A stretch of DNA of 64,000 nucleotides from Archangiaceae bacterium (GTDB lineage Bacteria; Myxococcota; Myxococcia; Myxococcales; Myxococcaceae): NCBI GenBank assembly GCA_016714225.1, contig JADJNS010000012.1, positions 253,422-317,421 of the forward strand, written 5' to 3'. How positions within the stretch are numbered: the first letter of the stretch is position 1; the number at the start of each line of letters is the position of its first letter. A program made the position numbers and the translations under genes. The notes under the pieces are model-generated. The model did no database searches and was not told where the DNA came from. It worked only from the letters and a program-made list of their open reading frames with translations. Shown here piece by piece: positions 60,062 to 64,000 of this stretch.

Positions 60062-63000
60062 ATGGGGCGGCGGGTGAGGCGGGAAGGGGTCTTCAGCTGG
60101 GGCAGGGCGGTCGCGGTCGTGCTGGTCGCGGCCGCCTTGCAGGTTGCACCCGCCCGCGCGCAGGCCCCTCGCACGCCGCCCGGCAATGATCCGCCCACCC
60201 CGGTGGTGCTGCCCCGGCCGGGGGGCGACCCCGTCACTCCGGGTGGGCCCGAGCCGACCTCGTCACCCGCGCAGCCGGCGCCGGCCGCCGAGCCCGTCGA
60301 GCGCCCCTTCACCATCATCGTCGCCGGCGGCTCGGCGGGCGACGGCCTCACGCCCGCGCTCGAGGCCCTCAAGCAGCGCCTGGCCGGCGCCGACCCCGAG
60401 CACACCACCGTCATCTTCACCGGCAACTACATGAAGGGCGAGCTGCCCGAGCCGGGCGCCCCCGACCGCGCGGCCGAAGAGAAGGCCGCGCTCGCGCACG
60501 TCGAGGTGGTGCGCGACTTCTTCGAGGCCGGCGGGCACGTCTACTTCCTCGCCGGGCACCGCGACTTCCCCGACGCGAAGTCGGCGCGCCGGCTGCGCAA
60601 GCTGTTCGACCGCGCGCTGGTGGGCACCCCCGACGAAGATGAGGCCGTCGAAGATGGCCGCAAGAAGGGCGAGCGCCAGGTCGACGTGATGCCGCTGGCC
60701 GCGTGCGGAGACCGCGTCGAGCTCGAGCTCAACAAGAACATCGGCATTCTGCTGGTCAACTCTCAGTGGTTCATGCGCGACTTCTCGGGCGACCCCAGCA
60801 TCAACGAGGGCTGCGTCTCGCGCACCCGCAAGGCGTTCATCGGCAACGTGATGGACACCATGCGCGACTACCGCAACCGCCGGCTGATCGTGGCGATGCA
60901 CCACCCCTTGCGCAGCTACGGCGAGCTGGGCGGCGCGTTCACCGCCAGGGCCCACCTCGAGCCGTTGCCGGTGGTGGGCTCGCTCGCGGTGCTGGCGCGC
61001 CAGGCGGGCATGGTCTCGCAGTACCAGAACTACCCGCTGGTGCACGGCTACACCGAGGCCGTCTTCGCGCAGGCCCAGACCAACGGTCAGTACGTGTTCG
61101 TGTCGGGGCACGAGGCGGCGCTCGAGTACCTCACCCTGAAGCAGCAGACCCAGGTGATCGCCGGCACCACCGCGCGCGAAGGCGGCCGGGTCACCGACAC
61201 CCGCGAGAACGACTTCGCGGTGGGCCAGCCGGGCTGGGCCGAGCTGCAGCTCGAGAAGTCGGGCGAAGGCCAGGTGCAGCTGTTCTCGGCCCAGGGCGCG
61301 GCCCTGTTCACCACCGCGCTGCCGCACGTGCCCGAGCTGCCCGGCACCGACCAGGCCGAGGCCGACGCCCCGCCGGTGCCCTCAGGCCCGGTAGACGCCA
61401 CGTTCTCGAAGAAGCCGGTGTGGAAGCTGCCGGGCGCGGTGCGCTTCTTCACCGGCTCGTTCTACAGCCAGGCCTTCAACCTGCAGCTGACCTACCCGGT
61501 GCTCGACCTCGAGCGCGAGGGCCTGACGCCCTACAAGGTGGGCGGCGGGCAGCAGAGCGACAGCATTCGCGCCCGCGGCGAAGACGGCAGCGACTTCGCG
61601 ATTCGCTCGACCACCAAGGCCTCAGACCGCCTGCTGGGCTACCCGATGAACCAGATCGGCGCGCTGGGCCGGGTGCTCGACTACGGCTTCACCGCCACCC
61701 ACCCCGAGGCGGCGCTGGCGGTGCCCACCCTGGCCGACGCGGTAGGGGTGCTCAACGTGCGGCCGCGGTTGATGTACCTGCCCGACCAGGCGGCGCTGGG
61801 CAGCTACCGCGGCTTCATCACCGACCAGGTGGTGCTGCTCGAGCAGCGCCCCAAGAAGATGAACGACGGCGTCGCGCCTCCTGCGTACCTGGGGGGCAGA
61901 GACGAGCACACCGCGTTCAAGACCTTCGACGAGATGGTCGAGAAGACCCTCGACAAGCCGTGGAAGCACCGGGTCGATCAAGAGTCGATGCTGCGGGCGC
62001 GCCTGCTCGACATGTTCATCGGCGATTGGGATCGCCACCGCGGCCAGTGGCGCTTCGCGGTCAACGCAGATGACGGGGGCCACAAGCTCTACACCCCCAT
62101 CGCGATGGATCGCGACCAGGCCTTCGCGCACTACGACGGCGCGCTGCTGGTGGTGCTGCGCCTGCTGCAGCCGCAGGCCCGCCTGGTGCAGCCCTTCAAC
62201 GGCTCGTACGGCCCGCTGCGGTACCTGAACTTCAACGCCCGCGACGTCGACCCGGTGGTGCTCAACCGGCTCGACCACGCGAGGTGGATCGAGGTCGCCC
62301 GCGCCGAGCAGGCCGCGCTCACCGACGCCGTCATCGACCAGGCGTTCGAGAGCTGGCACCGAGAGTCGCTCGCGCTCGACGGCGAGCGCATCAAGGCGGC
62401 GCTGAAAGAGCGCCGCGATCACCTGCTCGAGGTCGCTGAAGAGGCCTACCGGCGCCTGGCGCGCAACGTCGACGTCACCGGCTCGGGCGCAGACGACGTC
62501 TTCGCGCTCACCTTCAGCGACGACGGCAAGGTGCGGGTGACGGTGCACGCCGCCAAGAAGGGTGACGGCGAGGCGTACTTCGATCGCACCTTCGACCCCA
62601 CCGAGACCGACGAGCTGCGCCTCTACGGGCTCGAGGGCGACGACCGTCTCGAGGTGCACGGCAAACCGCACGCGCAGCTCACCATTCGCTTCGTGGGGGG
62701 CGAGGGCGACGACGTGGTGGCGGCCGCCGACGGCGCCCGCGTCGACGCCGGGTCGATCGTGCTCTACGACCAGCCCAAGGGCGCGGTCATCGACCCGTCG
62801 ATCGCGGTGCTCGACGAGCGCTCGACCGACGCGCGGCTCAACCAGTACGAGCCGTACGAGAACCACGAGCCCGACGCGTGGGCGGTGATGCCCGGCTTCC
62901 TGGTCAACTCGGACCAGGGCGTCTCGCTGGGCGGCACGTACACCCACAACGTCGAGGGCTACAAGAAGTACCCGTTCGCGGTGCAGCACTTCGGCTCGGC

Positions 63001-63916
63001 CTACTTTTCGACCGCCACCCTGGGCGTGGCGCTCGACTACCGGCTGATTCTCCCCGAGAGCATCGGCCGGGTAGGGCAGGAGCTCGACCTCACCCTTCAC
63101 ACCCCCCAGTTCACCCGCAACTTCTACGGCTACACCAACCGCTGGGCCGGCTACGGGCAGCCCAACGACTACTGGCGGGTACGGCAGGCGCTGTACGAGG
63201 CGCGCTGGGGCCTGCAGTTCGGCAGCCGGCACGCGCGGGTGGGGGCGCAGCTGCTCGGCCAGGTCATCGACACCGACCATACCGCGGGCCGCTTCGTCAC
63301 CCTCTCGAGCGACGTGAGCCCCGACGCGTTCGGGGCGCGCGCGTTCGCCGGCACCCGCCTGTTCGCCGAGGCCAACACCTTCGACAGCATGACCCTGCCT
63401 CGCCGGGGCGTGGCCCTGCACGGCTCGATGATCGCCCGCTTCGACGTGCTTCACGGAGGCGGCTTCTCGACCAACCACCGCATCGCCGCGGCGGCGGCGA
63501 TACCCATCGACCGCGAGGCGCGCTTCGTGATTCTGACCCGCGCCGCGGTCGAGGGCATCTTGGGAGCGCACCCGTTCTACTTCGCGCCGACCCTCGGCTC
63601 GGCGCAGCTGCGCGCCTACGCCGACCAGCAGTTCGCCGGCGACCTGGCCTTCGCCCACTCGACCGATCTGCGCATCGACGTGCTGCGCATCGAGTCGACG
63701 CTGCCGGGCACGCTGGGGGTGAGCCTCGCGGTCGACCACGGCCGCGTGTTCGGCCGCGGCATCGCCGGCAACGACTACCACGTCGATTTCGGCGGCGGCC
63801 TGTGGTGGTGCGTCGTCGATCTGATCGGCGTCTCGGTCACCTACTACCGGGGGCTCGACGGCGCGCAGCGGGTTGCCGCCGAAGTGGGGCCACTCTTCTC
63901 GAAGCTGGGGTTCTGA
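60062..63916 (+). CDS. exported calcineurin-like metallophosphoesterase fused to a large C-terminal outer-membrane beta-barrel-like domain
   Basis: 1284 aa. Signal peptide. IIVAGGSAGDG, FTGNY, FLAGHRDF, VAMHHP, VSGHEAALE phosphoesterase motifs. Beta-rich C-terminal half ending ...GPLFSKLGF. Confidence 0.65.
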   Translation: MGRRVRREGVFSWGRAVAVVLVAAALQVAPARAQAPRTPPGNDPPTPVVLPRPGGDPVTPGGPEPTSSPAQPAPAAEPVERPFTIIVAGGSAGDGLTPALEALKQRLAGADPEHTTVIFTGNYMKGELPEPGAPDRAAEEKAALAHVEVVRDFFEAGGHVYFLAGHRDFPDAKSARRLRKLFDRALVGTPDEDEAVEDGRKKGERQVDVMPLAACGDRVELELNKNIGILLVNSQWFMRDFSGDPSINEGCVSRTRKAFIGNVMDTMRDYRNRRLIVAMHHPLRSYGELGGAFTARAHLEPLPVVGSLAVLARQAGMVSQYQNYPLVHGYTEAVFAQAQTNGQYVFVSGHEAALEYLTLKQQTQVIAGTTAREGGRVTDTRENDFAVGQPGWAELQLEKSGEGQVQLFSAQGAALFTTALPHVPELPGTDQAEADAPPVPSGPVDATFSKKPVWKLPGAVRFFTGSFYSQAFNLQLTYPVLDLEREGLTPYKVGGGQQSDSIRARGEDGSDFAIRSTTKASDRLLGYPMNQIGALGRVLDYGFTATHPEAALAVPTLADAVGVLNVRPRLMYLPDQAALGSYRGFITDQVVLLEQRPKKMNDGVAPPAYLGGRDEHTAFKTFDEMVEKTLDKPWKHRVDQESMLRARLLDMFIGDWDRHRGQWRFAVNADDGGHKLYTPIAMDRDQAFAHYDGALLVVLRLLQPQARLVQPFNGSYGPLRYLNFNARDVDPVVLNRLDHARWIEVARAEQAALTDAVIDQAFESWHRESLALDGERIKAALKERRDHLLEVAEEAYRRLARNVDVTGSGADDVFALTFSDDGKVRVTVHAAKKGDGEAYFDRTFDPTETDELRLYGLEGDDRLEVHGKPHAQLTIRFVGGEGDDVVAAADGARVDAGSIVLYDQPKGAVIDPSIAVLDERSTDARLNQYEPYENHEPDAWAVMPGFLVNSDQGVSLGGTYTHNVEGYKKYPFAVQHFGSAYFSTATLGVALDYRLILPESIGRVGQELDLTLHTPQFTRNFYGYTNRWAGYGQPNDYWRVRQALYEARWGLQFGSRHARVGAQLLGQVIDTDHTAGRFVTLSSDVSPDAFGARAFAGTRLFAEANTFDSMTLPRRGVALHGSMIARFDVLHGGGFSTNHRIAAAAAIPIDREARFVILTRAAVEGILGAHPFYFAPTLGSAQLRAYADQQFAGDLAFAHSTDLRIDVLRIESTLPGTLGVSLAVDHGRVFGRGIAGNDYHVDFGGGLWWCVVDLIGVSVTYYRGLDGAQRVAAEVGPLFSKLGF

Positions 63917-63918
63917 CC

Positions 63919-64000
63919 ATGGTTTCTCTCTTCGTTCTCGCGGTACTCGCCCTCTCGCCCTCGGCCCGCGACGGAGAACCGCCGGTGCCGGTGGTGACCC
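63919..64000 (+). CDS. 5' fragment of an exported protein (truncated by the window edge)
   Basis: ATG 3 nt after the upstream stop. MVSLFVLAVLALSPSA looks like a signal peptide. Confidence 0.3.
   Translation, partial: MVSLFVLAVLALSPSARDGEPPVPVVT

Overview
This is a high-GC (~70%) chromosomal segment, most likely from a myxobacterium (Myxococcota). That inference rests on two MYXO-CTERM-type sorting tails, a DUF2378/TIGR02265-like gene, TIGR02266-type PilZ-like domains, several Ser/Thr (pseudo)kinases and a sigma-54 activator. I call about 57 protein genes. I see no rRNA or tRNA genes, no transposase, integrase or phage genes, and no CRISPR array. Recognisable housekeeping genes are an asd-like gene, a fused moaD-moaE, glpD, acs, ribE/ribB(X)/ribH/nusB, asnS, zwf, leuS and lptE. 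They are interleaved with many exported or lipoprotein genes of unknown function. The most unusual loci are: (1) A 9.5-kb chemosensory operon (22.1-31.6 kb) with CheY-CheA-CheW-CheW-HEAT-HEAT-CheR-CheB-CheY and no MCP gene, ending in a translationally coupled exported 644-aa protein. (2) A translationally coupled three-gene membrane operon (57.6-60.0 kb) made of a DUF4956-like protein, a 4-TM protein and a polybasic multi-TM protein. (3) A cluster divergent from a PilZ-like sigma-54 activator (50.3-55.8 kb) holding an orphan 614-aa protein, a FabH-like KAS III, a DUF2378-like protein, a small exported protein and a membrane pseudokinase. (4) A 124-bp-period non-coding tandem repeat (7.16-7.54 kb). 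(5) Three reading-frame integrity anomalies within 9 kb: a frameshifted asnS, a PilZ-like ORF running without a stop into a kinase gene, and zwf without a stop codon. All domain calls come from reading the translations by eye, with no database search. Start codons are often ambiguous in this GC-rich DNA.
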